DNA of 64,000 nucleotides. Source: an uncultured virus (IMG/VR IMGVR_UViG_3300047157_000146). Taxonomy: Duplodnaviria; Heunggongvirae; Uroviricota; Caudoviricetes. The stretch's first letter is position 1; every line of letters starts with the position of its first letter. A model generated the notes under the pieces. That model ran no database searches, had not been told where the DNA came from, and was given only the letters and a program-made list of their open reading frames with translations. Below are positions 27,248 through 36,699 of the stretch, piece after piece. Where the stretch lies: IMG/VR virus record IMGVR_UViG_3300047157_000146, one strand, 5' to 3'. A program made the translations under genes and the position numbers.

Positions 27248-27919
27248 GTGATTAGTATGTCTGTTCTAGCCGGTTTTGCTGTGGTTTGTATTGAGGCTAC
27301 AGTTGCCTTTTATAAGAAAGTCCATGCAATAAATTTTGGTATTTATGGTGCAACTATGGTAGGTAAAACTACCTTACATCATCAACTAAGAACAAGAGGG
27401 GAAGTTCCCGAAATAAGAGAAAGAACAGTTGGTAGACAAAGGGCTAGCCGTAAAACAATAAAATTAGATGGAGATACTCACACACTAAAAACGGCTGATA
27501 TGGGCGGTGAGGCAATCTATTGGAGAGAATGGATGCAAGATATGAAGAGTAGAAAGGTAAAATATGTTATCTTTGTAATCGACCATAGACATTTAGATTC
27601 TCCATCAAATTTAGACCATCAACTTGCATGGAAGTTTTTAGTTGATGCTATTTGTAGCAGAAATTGGCCCAATGGTAAAAAGAAAAAGAATACAGATTAT
27701 CCTCTAGCCGTTGGTATTTGGGCTAACAAATATGACATTTGGGGAGATAAATACAAAGAAGAAGTAGATATTTCTAATCATTCTATTTTCGCTCCATTTA
27801 AATACGGGATGCAACAGTTAAACGATAGGGGAATACCAACTTACAAGTATATCGTTTCCGCTAAATCACAGCCGGAAATGGTCTATAGAGGCGTTACTAC
27901 AATGATAAAGGATTACTGA
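27248..27919 (+). CDS. Arf/Ras-like small GTPase with hydrophobic N-terminus
   Basis: G1 GATMVGKT, G2 T, G3 DMGG, G4 NKYD, G5 SAK. Confidence 0.85.
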   Translation: MISMSVLAGFAVVCIEATVAFYKKVHAINFGIYGATMVGKTTLHHQLRTRGEVPEIRERTVGRQRASRKTIKLDGDTHTLKTADMGGEAIYWREWMQDMKSRKVKYVIFVIDHRHLDSPSNLDHQLAWKFLVDAICSRNWPNGKKKKNTDYPLAVGIWANKYDIWGDKYKEEVDISNHSIFAPFKYGMQQLNDRGIPTYKYIVSAKSQPEMVYRGVTTMIKDY

Positions 27920-27923
27920 TATT

Positions 27924-28328
27924 ATGTGGCAAGATATACTAAAGCAAAATCCCATTTCTAATATAGTTATTAGAGGGAATAGTGTGACTGCTATATACCT
28001 AGACCCTAAAAGCAAAGAAAAATTAAAAATGAATGTTAATATTCATGAAGATTCTTTAGACGGTAATATTGTAGATAAAGAAGGAGTTCAATTAACAAGA
28101 GCCTTTGCCGAAAAAATAGACGATGATGTTTTTCAAGCAAGAGATGTTAGTACAAAAACTGAATTTATGAGAAGAGGATATGCTGAAAACCTATATCATT
28201 TGATTGCCTATGCTTTAAGCAACCAAAACTATGATTTTGTTGGAGATATTGGACAAAGCGGGGAAGCAGATAATATGTGGAATAAAAATTCAACTTATGG
28301 CTCATGGGATATTCCTGAATATATGTGA
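27924..28328 (+). CDS. GNAT-like protein with MWQDILK leader
   Basis: RRGYAENLY (acetyl-CoA-binding-like) and QSGEADNMW. Confidence 0.5.
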   Translation: MWQDILKQNPISNIVIRGNSVTAIYLDPKSKEKLKMNVNIHEDSLDGNIVDKEGVQLTRAFAEKIDDDVFQARDVSTKTEFMRRGYAENLYHLIAYALSNQNYDFVGDIGQSGEADNMWNKNSTYGSWDIPEYM

Positions 28329-28366
28329 TAGAAACCTATACAAAGAAAGGAAAACGAGGAATAACT

Positions 28367-28996
28367 ATGTTTCAACAGCCCAACCTAATCGCCAACAATC
28401 CTAGCATTGCTAGTTCTTTCTTGCCTCCTCTAATGAGCGCAAGAGCCGCAGGTCCAGTTTCCGAATATTCTTTCGTGCAGATTAAACCAAAGAAGATGCT
28501 GAAAGAGATTACCAAGGTACTCAATGCAGAAAAAAAGAAATTCTTATTCATCAAGTATGGCTGGAAATTTAATTTAAAAGACCGTTGTGTTGTCTGCGGT
28601 GTTCATCATATTTGGGAGAGCGGAGATTACATGCGCCCCCCTATCCCACTAAGCCATGTGACTAAAGGCAGACCAATGCGAGGTACTTACTGTCCCAAAC
28701 ATGCTACACATCACAGACAAATGGAAATGCTACAACAACAAATACTAGCAGACGAGCATGGCTTGGATTTTAAAGCATTTATTCCAAGACCAAAAATGCC
28801 CCAAGTTTTATCTAAGGGGCCACTTACCACCTTATCAAAGGCCGATGTTGTTTCGCTAGTTGGCGTAGGTTGGATAATCACTCCCCCTACCCCTACTACG
28901 GATGAAAATAAACTAGAAGAAGTACTACGACTAACAAACGAAATAAGAATATCTAGCGAGCGATTGAATACCATAGTGACTAAAGGTGATGAATGA
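28367..28996 (+). CDS. Zn-binding, Pro-rich hypothetical protein
   Basis: CVVC...CPKH; GAGG RBS before ATG 28367. Confidence 0.55.
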   Translation: MFQQPNLIANNPSIASSFLPPLMSARAAGPVSEYSFVQIKPKKMLKEITKVLNAEKKKFLFIKYGWKFNLKDRCVVCGVHHIWESGDYMRPPIPLSHVTKGRPMRGTYCPKHATHHRQMEMLQQQILADEHGLDFKAFIPRPKMPQVLSKGPLTTLSKADVVSLVGVGWIITPPTPTTDENKLEEVLRLTNEIRISSERLNTIVTKGDE

Positions 28997-29643
28997 TGGG
29001 CGTATTTGGAACGAGCAACGGAGCAGTATTAGGTGCAGTTCAGGCACAAAATGATACTCAATTTAAGACGGTCAATAATCTTCTGTCTTTACAAGAAAAC
29101 CATGTGGAAGAGTTCTTCCAATATCACGGTGAACAATTCTTGTCTAGTCTAGAGCAGTTGATGGAAGATGTAATTGATAGAAGTGTTAGTAAAATGCTAA
29201 CCAAACTAGAGTTTTATCAAGATTCTACAACTGGAAACATGAAGGTCAGCAGTGATAGCCTAAGAGAATATGAGAAAATTACTCAAGAGAATATTGACTT
29301 GGATATGAATGCTATATTGAACTCGGCTATTAACAGCGAAATTATCAATCAAAGAAAGATGGCTAAACAACAATACCTAGAGTCACAAGGATTTAACGGA
29401 GCGTCTAATCCAGCACAAGGAATGCCACAACAACCAATTCAACAAGGTACATATGGAGCGACAGGATTAGCAATGAACAATGGAAGCGGCTACCCTATTC
29501 CTCCTAGTGGACAAGACAACTATGGTAGGCCATATTGGATTGACCCAAGTACAGGACAAATGAGTTATGAGCCTCCACAAAGCGGTCTACATCTAGCCCA
29601 AAAAGCGCAGAAATTAGCGGCTTGGGGCAAGTGGTTAATGTGA
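28993..29643 (+). CDS. Hypothetical with Gln/Gly/Pro-rich linker and WW-like C-terminal motif
   Basis: GRPYWIDPSTGQMSYEPP. Confidence 0.5.
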   Translation: MMGVFGTSNGAVLGAVQAQNDTQFKTVNNLLSLQENHVEEFFQYHGEQFLSSLEQLMEDVIDRSVSKMLTKLEFYQDSTTGNMKVSSDSLREYEKITQENIDLDMNAILNSAINSEIINQRKMAKQQYLESQGFNGASNPAQGMPQQPIQQGTYGATGLAMNNGSGYPIPPSGQDNYGRPYWIDPSTGQMSYEPPQSGLHLAQKAQKLAAWGKWLM

Positions 29644-29655
29644 AGGTGATTTGCA

Positions 29656-31290
29656 TTGGTCAACTTTCAACTAAGTAATACTGCGACTTATAGCCTAGAT
29701 AAAAACTCTAAAGAGTTAGAAAAAACTATTGCTAAGTATATTTTTTCGGAATATATAAAAGACGATAGTTTATCAAATTTTTTGGGTAATATTGACCGTC
29801 TTAGTGGAACAGAAGAAAATTTTAAACAATTTGTTTCTAGATTAGATGAAATTATTGTCGATTTAGAAACAAGAACTATTGCTAGTATTGTGAATGATGA
29901 AGACTATGGAATAAAAAATCTTTTAGATTTTACAGACGAAGGTTATCCGGATAATGAAGGCTTATCTCCAATAGACCCTAGTCTATTGAATTATTCTATT
30001 ATAGATTTAGATAACCCTAATATAATGAAAAAGGTATCGGGTTTTGGTTCATTTGCCACATACAGTAGTCCTACTGTAGAAGACTTGCCGCTCACAGATG
30101 AGGAAAGAAAAACGATGACTGATGAACAAATTGAAGAAATTGAAAGTAGAGAATATGCCAATTTGGGCAGGATTTTATTAGAAGCAGTGAAAAGTAGTGA
30201 TGTAGAAAAAGCCGAGGGGAAGTTTAAAAAAGATTACGCCAAATCAATAGAGGTTAAAACGAAAGATACAGTTCGTCTAAGAGATAGAGAGGTGGCTCCT
30301 ATTAAATTAAATGTAGATTTAGAAAATAAATTTGATTATTTGAAAACTCTAGGTATTTCTGAAATAGTAAGAAGAAAAACTAAAACACAAAAAATAGTAG
30401 CAATTGCTGACATTACTGATGCTAAGGGGGCTTTAGATAATGCCGCAAAAGAATTATTTTCCGAAAACATTGAAGCGAAGGGGGGCCTAAAAGGCAAAGA
30501 TGAATTAGTAAATAATATACAATTGAATGCAGACTCTATTGCTAAAATTATTCTTCTTATTGTACCTTCTGTTCTAGATGTAGATATTAAAAATAAATTG
30601 ACACTAAAAATTTCTTTTTCTAGTAAAGGGGATAGAAAAATAAAGGAAGAAAAATCGCACAATTTTATTACAGACGGACTTAAAAAATTTAAGAAAAGTA
30701 TTGATGAGAGTAATTCCGTAAACTACAAAGAGAGAGTTAGCGGTCTTTACAAAAAATTAGAAAAAATAAACAATAGACGAGAGGACTCTCTATTAAATGA
30801 CGAAGATTTAAAGGAAGCAAAAGAAGTCTATAAAAACCTGAAAAAACTTGATAGCGCATGGACGGAAGTTAGAAGAATGGATGATAAATCAGCAGTGAAT
30901 TTTATGTCTGTTGGTTTTACAGACGCTATTCCTAAAGAAGTATCAGAGGTAGCCGGATTTAATGAGGTTTTTTTTGAAATATTGCACACTTATACAGAAC
31001 TAAAGTTCACACAAGAACCTAATTTAAAATTCAAAGACTCAGGGGATAAAGAACAGCGTCGGGGCCTGAAGATTAGAACAGAAAGACCATTAAATAGAGG
31101 AAAGGAAGAAGAAATAGCAGAATATTCCAATAGAATGGCTAGTTATGGTCTTCCTCATCTAAAATTGTGGGGCGGATATAAAGATAACAATACACAAAGA
31201 GGAGTTGTTTCCGACTTTATTAATGAAATATTAGGTCACTATGATGACTTAGAAGAAGAATTAGCAGAACTAAAAGAGAAGGTGATATAA
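29656..31290 (+). CDS. Large charged hypothetical protein (544 aa)
   Basis: Long ORF. Confidence 0.5.
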   Translation: MVNFQLSNTATYSLDKNSKELEKTIAKYIFSEYIKDDSLSNFLGNIDRLSGTEENFKQFVSRLDEIIVDLETRTIASIVNDEDYGIKNLLDFTDEGYPDNEGLSPIDPSLLNYSIIDLDNPNIMKKVSGFGSFATYSSPTVEDLPLTDEERKTMTDEQIEEIESREYANLGRILLEAVKSSDVEKAEGKFKKDYAKSIEVKTKDTVRLRDREVAPIKLNVDLENKFDYLKTLGISEIVRRKTKTQKIVAIADITDAKGALDNAAKELFSENIEAKGGLKGKDELVNNIQLNADSIAKIILLIVPSVLDVDIKNKLTLKISFSSKGDRKIKEEKSHNFITDGLKKFKKSIDESNSVNYKERVSGLYKKLEKINNRREDSLLNDEDLKEAKEVYKNLKKLDSAWTEVRRMDDKSAVNFMSVGFTDAIPKEVSEVAGFNEVFFEILHTYTELKFTQEPNLKFKDSGDKEQRRGLKIRTERPLNRGKEEEIAEYSNRMASYGLPHLKLWGGYKDNNTQRGVVSDFINEILGHYDDLEEELAELKEKVI

Positions 31291-32594
31291 TGCCCGTAGC
31301 ATCCTCCCCCAGTGACTATACCTCAATTAACCCAAACTATGCTACAGGTCAAGGTTTCTATACAGATATTGGAGCAGTATCGGATTTACTACAGGTGACT
31401 CCATTTACTTCCGGTACTAATCCATCAGCCGCTCAAGTCGGCTCAATCATTAAGAGAATAGAAGGGATGGTTGATGAGAAAATTAACCGTTCTTATCGAC
31501 CTATTATTTGGAAGAATGAGTTCAAGGACTTTGAATTTACCCGCCATCCTATTATGTCTTATTACGGAGGATATGTAGGATTCGTACAACTACAACAGAT
31601 GAAGATTAGAAAAATTGTAAGTCTAAGAGTTTGGGAAGGAAACGCCTATCGAGAGTTGGCTTCGGCTCAAGGCTCGATTACTCTTCTAGAAAATTTTAGA
31701 GATATTCATTCTCTTATTTTCCAACTACCTAACAGTGGGGTTTCTTTTGAACTGTTAGCAGAAAACGATGTTTCCGCTTTAGCAAACGATGAGTTTTGTA
31801 CTACCTTCGGAATAAAGACCACTAATAATGAAATTGTTGATTTGATTAACGAAAAGTTTCCCTCGAACACCTCTCAATTTACAGGAGCAACTGCTTCAAA
31901 GGAACTATCATCTAGTAATCTCAATATTTCCGATTTCTTCTTCTCGCAGAAAGACGACCAAGATGGTACTAAGGTCTTAATTTCATCTCTACTATCCGGT
32001 GATGATGGAGCAGGTTGTTCACTAAAGGCTACTATTCAACAGTCCTGTACTACTAGTAATACAAGCACTAGTTTAACCGTAGCCGATTCTAGTAAATTAG
32101 CAGTAGATATGGAAGTCACAGGAACTAACATTCCTTCTTCTACTACTATTTCTTCTATTGATACTTCAACTACTGTCACTCTTTCTAAAGCCGCTACGGG
32201 TTCTGCATCAAGCACACTAACTTTTACCACTACCAATGAAATCCCTACAGTCTGTTCTATTGTCGCTTTTACTGACAAAGAAGATATGAAGCGTTTAGGA
32301 GACTTTTGGATGATGAGCGACGATGGAAGAATCTTCTTTTTGAAGAAGTATCCTTATCATAATAAGAACTCAATCATTGTTTCTTATGTTGCTGGTGATG
32401 GAAGAGTACCTTCTACAGTTCACGAAGCCACTACCAAATTAGTTGCGGCAGAAATTCTACGACATGACGACCAAACAATAATGATTGCTGAAACCGGAGC
32501 AAACATATCAGCGAAAGAAAAGTACGATTTACTTCGTGCAGAAGGGATGGCTCTTATTGATGGTAAGAAAGACTTAGTGTATATGTTGGATTGA
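31290..32594 (+). CDS. Head-tail adaptor-like protein with inserted beta module
   Basis: YTDIGAVSDLL...IIKRIEGMVD...IIVSYVAG...VPSTVHEATTKLVA typical of gp6/gp15-like connectors. Confidence 0.6.
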   Translation: MPVASSPSDYTSINPNYATGQGFYTDIGAVSDLLQVTPFTSGTNPSAAQVGSIIKRIEGMVDEKINRSYRPIIWKNEFKDFEFTRHPIMSYYGGYVGFVQLQQMKIRKIVSLRVWEGNAYRELASAQGSITLLENFRDIHSLIFQLPNSGVSFELLAENDVSALANDEFCTTFGIKTTNNEIVDLINEKFPSNTSQFTGATASKELSSSNLNISDFFFSQKDDQDGTKVLISSLLSGDDGAGCSLKATIQQSCTTSNTSTSLTVADSSKLAVDMEVTGTNIPSSTTISSIDTSTTVTLSKAATGSASSTLTFTTTNEIPTVCSIVAFTDKEDMKRLGDFWMMSDDGRIFFLKKYPYHNKNSIIVSYVAGDGRVPSTVHEATTKLVAAEILRHDDQTIMIAETGANISAKEKYDLLRAEGMALIDGKKDLVYMLD

Positions 32595-33107
32595 TATGTG
32601 GAAAAAAATATTAAAAAATAACAGTGGTGGTAAAACCCACATTCCTTATCACACTAAAGTAGAATTTATGAATGGTTTGTATCGGGAACTTGTTGATACA
32701 ATAGAAAGAAAGGAAGGACTTGAGGGTTTTGAGTTCAGCAATGGAATGATTTATTTTCCTAATTACATATTGAGTTTTAACCCAAATGTTGGTCGTCATA
32801 ATGACGACTTTATATCAAAACCATTTAAAGAAATACAAATAACATTAGATGTAGATTGGTATGATTTGTGGTATAGAGGGTTTGAAGACGAAATAAATGA
32901 AATTGCTGATAATTTTGGCGAAGAATACAGATTAAAAGCAGAAGACCAAGGCGTTTATCCTGTCTATGAATACAACGCAGGTTCTCACAATAAAGAAAAC
33001 GGTACAATTAGTGTGTTTTCAAAAACCTCTAATTTATTCATTGAGTCCTTGATTAAAAACATTCATAAAAAAATAGAAGTTAAATTTGACGGAAGGGATT
33101 GATATGT
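32588..33107 (+). repeat. 12-bp direct repeat GGATTGATATGT (32588-32599, 33096-33107)
   Basis: Exact match; each copy contains upstream TGA and downstream ATG. Confidence 0.75.
32596..33102 (+). CDS. Inserted hypothetical gene with MWKKILK leader
   Basis: Flanked by 12-bp direct repeats. Confidence 0.6.
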   Translation: MWKKILKNNSGGKTHIPYHTKVEFMNGLYRELVDTIERKEGLEGFEFSNGMIYFPNYILSFNPNVGRHNDDFISKPFKEIQITLDVDWYDLWYRGFEDEINEIADNFGEEYRLKAEDQGVYPVYEYNAGSHNKENGTISVFSKTSNLFIESLIKNIHKKIEVKFDGRD

Positions 33108-33295
33108 TGAAGATTACTGAAACCCTAAACTCTTTGATAGATAAACACAAAGAGCGTCAATTAGAAATGGAAAGGGTTTCCACTATTCTAGGAATAGACA
33201 TTTCTTTCTCGGATGAAGAATTGGCTAGGTTTATCGAAGAGGATTTAGAAAGAGCAATCTCTAAATCAATAATGGAGGAAATGGTCTATGGATGA
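33104..33295 (+). CDS. Small hypothetical neck-region protein
   Basis: ATG inside second 12-bp repeat. Confidence 0.5.
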   Translation: MLKITETLNSLIDKHKERQLEMERVSTILGIDISFSDEELARFIEEDLERAISKSIMEEMVYG

Positions 33296-34007
33296 AGTCA
33301 CTCTAATTCTAGATTTGCTTGATAACAATTGGTCTTCTTCTGCCACTACTCTAAACCAAGCAGGTACTATTCCAGTGGCATTGCCTAAGCCAAACTTAAT
33401 TGATGTTAGAACTTTAGAAAAGGGACAGGGTGCTAGATATGACCTTTCTAGCAAAGATGTTATCATAGTTTTTGAAGATGGCAACACCATAGAATATCCT
33501 ACGGTTCTTTATGATGTTCGCAATGAAACTTACACTTTCACTTTACACCTCCGTTGTATTCACGATGAGAGGTCCGTTGGTACTTCACTCACGGGTTCGG
33601 GAGGAGCATACACAACAGGCAGTACCAACATGACCCTTACTTCAACTTCGGGTATCGCAGTAGGCATGGAGGTTACAGGTACGGGAATCCCAGATGGTAC
33701 AACAGTATCCAGTATCACGAATAGCACTACTCTTGTTCTATCGGCTACACCAACTAAAGCAAGAACTGGGCAGTCGATTAAGTTCAATTCAAGAGATTCT
33801 AATTACGGAAGAGATAGGTTAAGGTCTTTATACTTGATACTTCGTCATGCACTTGAGAGCAAACGACGGGGTTATACTGCAAGCGATGGTTCATGCTTTA
33901 GTTTATTAGAAGTTGGAAATCGAAGCGAAGCAAATGACAGAAAGAAACGACTCTTTGGATATAAAGTGACATTAACGGCAAAGAGATACGCACAGACAAT
34001 CCCCTAG
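33288..34007 (+). CDS. Tail terminator/completion-like protein with inserted beta module
   Basis: Directly upstream of tail tube gene; positional inference. Confidence 0.5.
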   Translation: MDEVTLILDLLDNNWSSSATTLNQAGTIPVALPKPNLIDVRTLEKGQGARYDLSSKDVIIVFEDGNTIEYPTVLYDVRNETYTFTLHLRCIHDERSVGTSLTGSGGAYTTGSTNMTLTSTSGIAVGMEVTGTGIPDGTTVSSITNSTTLVLSATPTKARTGQSIKFNSRDSNYGRDRLRSLYLILRHALESKRRGYTASDGSCFSLLEVGNRSEANDRKKRLFGYKVTLTAKRYAQTIP

Positions 34008-34034
34008 TAAGTTTGTAAAAGGGAGAGGGATTTT

Positions 34035-36278
34035 ATGACGAACAATAATATATTTTTAGGAAGCGGTGCATCGGTGACATTTGTTCCCGAAGTTGATTTT
34101 ACATTTAGAAGCAGTGGAAATGTGACTGATAGCGGAACTACGGTCACTCTAAATACAGAAAATGTTGACACAGGTAAATTCCTTTTCGTGAATAATCTCT
34201 ACCAAGGTTGTACTTTAGAGTACTACGCTGGAGGCCGTACTGCTAATCCAGCCTCTTCTTCTGCTAGTGGTACAATAGGAAGTGCCACTGTCACAACTGC
34301 TGGAACTCTAGTCACTGCGGCTCAAGCAATTATAGAAAATGCCGCAATCACTGGCCTTGGAAGTTTTGCTTCTACTGGAGCAGAAGTCCACCTATCTCCT
34401 TCTGCTCATTCAGCCGCTATCACTATGGCGGCGGCTACGGGTAGTGCGGCTAATTATCAACAGGCATTTATTACTGTTAATATCGCTTCGGCTTCGGGAG
34501 ATAACACCTTAGGTATTTGTTTTGATGCTAATTCGGCGGCTGTTAAGTCAACTTCTGACTTTGATGAGGCGATAGTGGTTAGCATTTCTAATTCATCTAC
34601 TGCTATCCAAGCGGCTACTGCAATTCAAACAGCATTAAGTGGAGTAAATAGTGTTTCGGTCACAAGAGTAGGGGCCAAATTAACAATCACTAACACCACA
34701 GGCGGATATGTTGGTGGCGGAGATATGTTGGCTATGGCTGACAATGTAGGTGCGGTAACAGACTTTGGTACTTTGAGTGACGATGTTAACGGTGGAGTAG
34801 TTTCACTAGGAGATGCTACTATTATCAATGCTGGTTCTAGTGTTTCGGGAGCAGATAGCCTTACCTTATCTGTTGCTGGTACTAATCCAGTGATTGCCTT
34901 TACTACTACTGGGGCTGGAGATGTTGTGACTTCTCCTACTTCAATCCATAGAATAACCTCGAACACTTCTACCACTTTTACATTTTCTCCAGCAATTACT
35001 ACTACAGTTAGTGACTCTGCTGACTTTTTCGTACTAAAGAGATATGGCGCACCATTACCTGCTCCAGCAACTTCGTCGGTCAAGCGTCTAGCGGCAGACA
35101 ATTGGTTAGGTGTTGTCGATTCACTAACTTTCCCCGAAAATGAAATAGAAAATAAGCAAGTCAATCTTATGGTTGGTGGTTCTAGAAACTACACATACCA
35201 ATACAAAGGAATCGAAACCGCAGGGGCTACTGATTTAGGAGTCATGGCAAATCACGGTGCTTGGCTTTACTATTTCTTTGGTAAGGCTACTGTTAGTGCT
35301 ACTTTGGATGCTACTGATAATGCGGCGAGTGATATTGCGGCTGATACTGCGGATAAGTTCTATCTAAACCCCGACAGAAGTTCAACAGGAAACCATAGAC
35401 AGGCTCCACTATTCTATCGCTCTATTGGTACTATTCTTACTCCTCCTGTTTCTGCTTTAGACGACCAACATACTGACTTAGATGTACTAACTGCTCCTAC
35501 AGGAACGGCTACTTCTATCACTAATCCAATCACTTACACAATGACAGAAGAAGATGGAGATAATCTACCATCGTTCTCTTTAGAACAATCCTTTTCTAAA
35601 CTCTCATCTAGTAATACCTACAGAACTGAAACGGCTAACGAGGATGAAACGGAAAACTTCGTTAGAATTGCTAGAGGAAACCGAGTCAATACTCTCAACC
35701 TTACTGCTAACGAAAACGAAGAACTCAAGATGAGTATGAACTGCATGGTTCGTTCAATTCACAACCTAGAGAAGACTGAATCCTACGAGGCTAGAAGGGG
35801 AGTCACTGCTGAAACTTCTTTCATCAACTATGATTCTACTAATTCTTTCCGAGAACCATTCTTCTTCTCCGATGGACAAATTAAGATGTTCGGACAATCG
35901 TTCTTGAAGATTACTAGTTTCAGCCTAGCCATGAATAATACGCTTACTGATAAGCGATTCATTGGAATTGGAAGTCGAGGAGTTAAGGATGCTATTCCAG
36001 CACAAAGAACTTACGAAATGACTTTCAGTGCTATGGTCACTGATGATGCAATGTATAACGAACTAGTCAATACTTCGGAAACTACAGATAGCCAAGTTGA
36101 ATTAGTTTTCACAAAGGGCAACCAAGAAAAGATTACTCTCAAGTTTAGCAACTATTTCCTAACTTCTAACTCTTGGCCTATGCCGGAAGACAAAGGGGCA
36201 GTGACTATTGAAGGCACTATTCAAGCAAGAAGTTTGCATACCTGTGAGGTCATAACACATTGGATTTTACAAGGATGA
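34035..36278 (+). CDS. Tail tube protein with large Ala/Thr/Ser-rich decoration insert
   Basis: LPSFSLEQ, RVNTLNLT, ITSFSLAMNNTL tube-like segments; precedes chaperone pair and TMP. Confidence 0.7.
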   Translation: MTNNNIFLGSGASVTFVPEVDFTFRSSGNVTDSGTTVTLNTENVDTGKFLFVNNLYQGCTLEYYAGGRTANPASSSASGTIGSATVTTAGTLVTAAQAIIENAAITGLGSFASTGAEVHLSPSAHSAAITMAAATGSAANYQQAFITVNIASASGDNTLGICFDANSAAVKSTSDFDEAIVVSISNSSTAIQAATAIQTALSGVNSVSVTRVGAKLTITNTTGGYVGGGDMLAMADNVGAVTDFGTLSDDVNGGVVSLGDATIINAGSSVSGADSLTLSVAGTNPVIAFTTTGAGDVVTSPTSIHRITSNTSTTFTFSPAITTTVSDSADFFVLKRYGAPLPAPATSSVKRLAADNWLGVVDSLTFPENEIENKQVNLMVGGSRNYTYQYKGIETAGATDLGVMANHGAWLYYFFGKATVSATLDATDNAASDIAADTADKFYLNPDRSSTGNHRQAPLFYRSIGTILTPPVSALDDQHTDLDVLTAPTGTATSITNPITYTMTEEDGDNLPSFSLEQSFSKLSSSNTYRTETANEDETENFVRIARGNRVNTLNLTANENEELKMSMNCMVRSIHNLEKTESYEARRGVTAETSFINYDSTNSFREPFFFSDGQIKMFGQSFLKITSFSLAMNNTLTDKRFIGIGSRGVKDAIPAQRTYEMTFSAMVTDDAMYNELVNTSETTDSQVELVFTKGNQEKITLKFSNYFLTSNSWPMPEDKGAVTIEGTIQARSLHTCEVITHWILQG

Positions 36279-36333
36279 GTATATTCCACCAACACCGTTT
36301 GTTTGTTTGTTGGTTTTGAAGGTGGAGAAAACT

Positions 36334-36699
36334 ATGGAGAAAAATACCGTAAAAAATAAGAGTGTATTATTTGCACTACAAGAAGAGAAGTGTCACGAAT
36401 TAAGAGTGTCACCGGAAAGCGACGAATACCTTAAGGTTTGGATTAGAGAACCTACATGGCTAGAAGTAGAACAGGCCATGACTTCTCTAATGAACATTGA
36501 TGCCAAGACACAAAGTTTTGACATTGACCTAAATGGAATGTACCGCTACCTAGTAGAGAAGTTTGTTGTTCGTACAGAACCAAGTCTATCTACTCTAGAA
36601 CTAATTAGACTCACGCCGTATATCGGCTCACAACTGAAAGAAGTGCTACCTAATCCAATGGAAGCACTAGCAGAGGATTCAGCAAAAAACGAAGAGTGA
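36334..36699 (+). CDS. Tail assembly chaperone (G-like)
   Basis: Between tail tube and TMP; ends at slippery site. Confidence 0.75.
   Translation: MEKNTVKNKSVLFALQEEKCHELRVSPESDEYLKVWIREPTWLEVEQAMTSLMNIDAKTQSFDIDLNGMYRYLVEKFVVRTEPSLSTLELIRLTPYIGSQLKEVLPNPMEALAEDSAKNEE
36684..36690 (+). promoter_or_regulatory. -1 programmed ribosomal frameshift heptamer A AAA AAC
   Basis: In-frame X XXY YYZ; -1 shift enters ORF 36696..36902. Confidence 0.8.
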
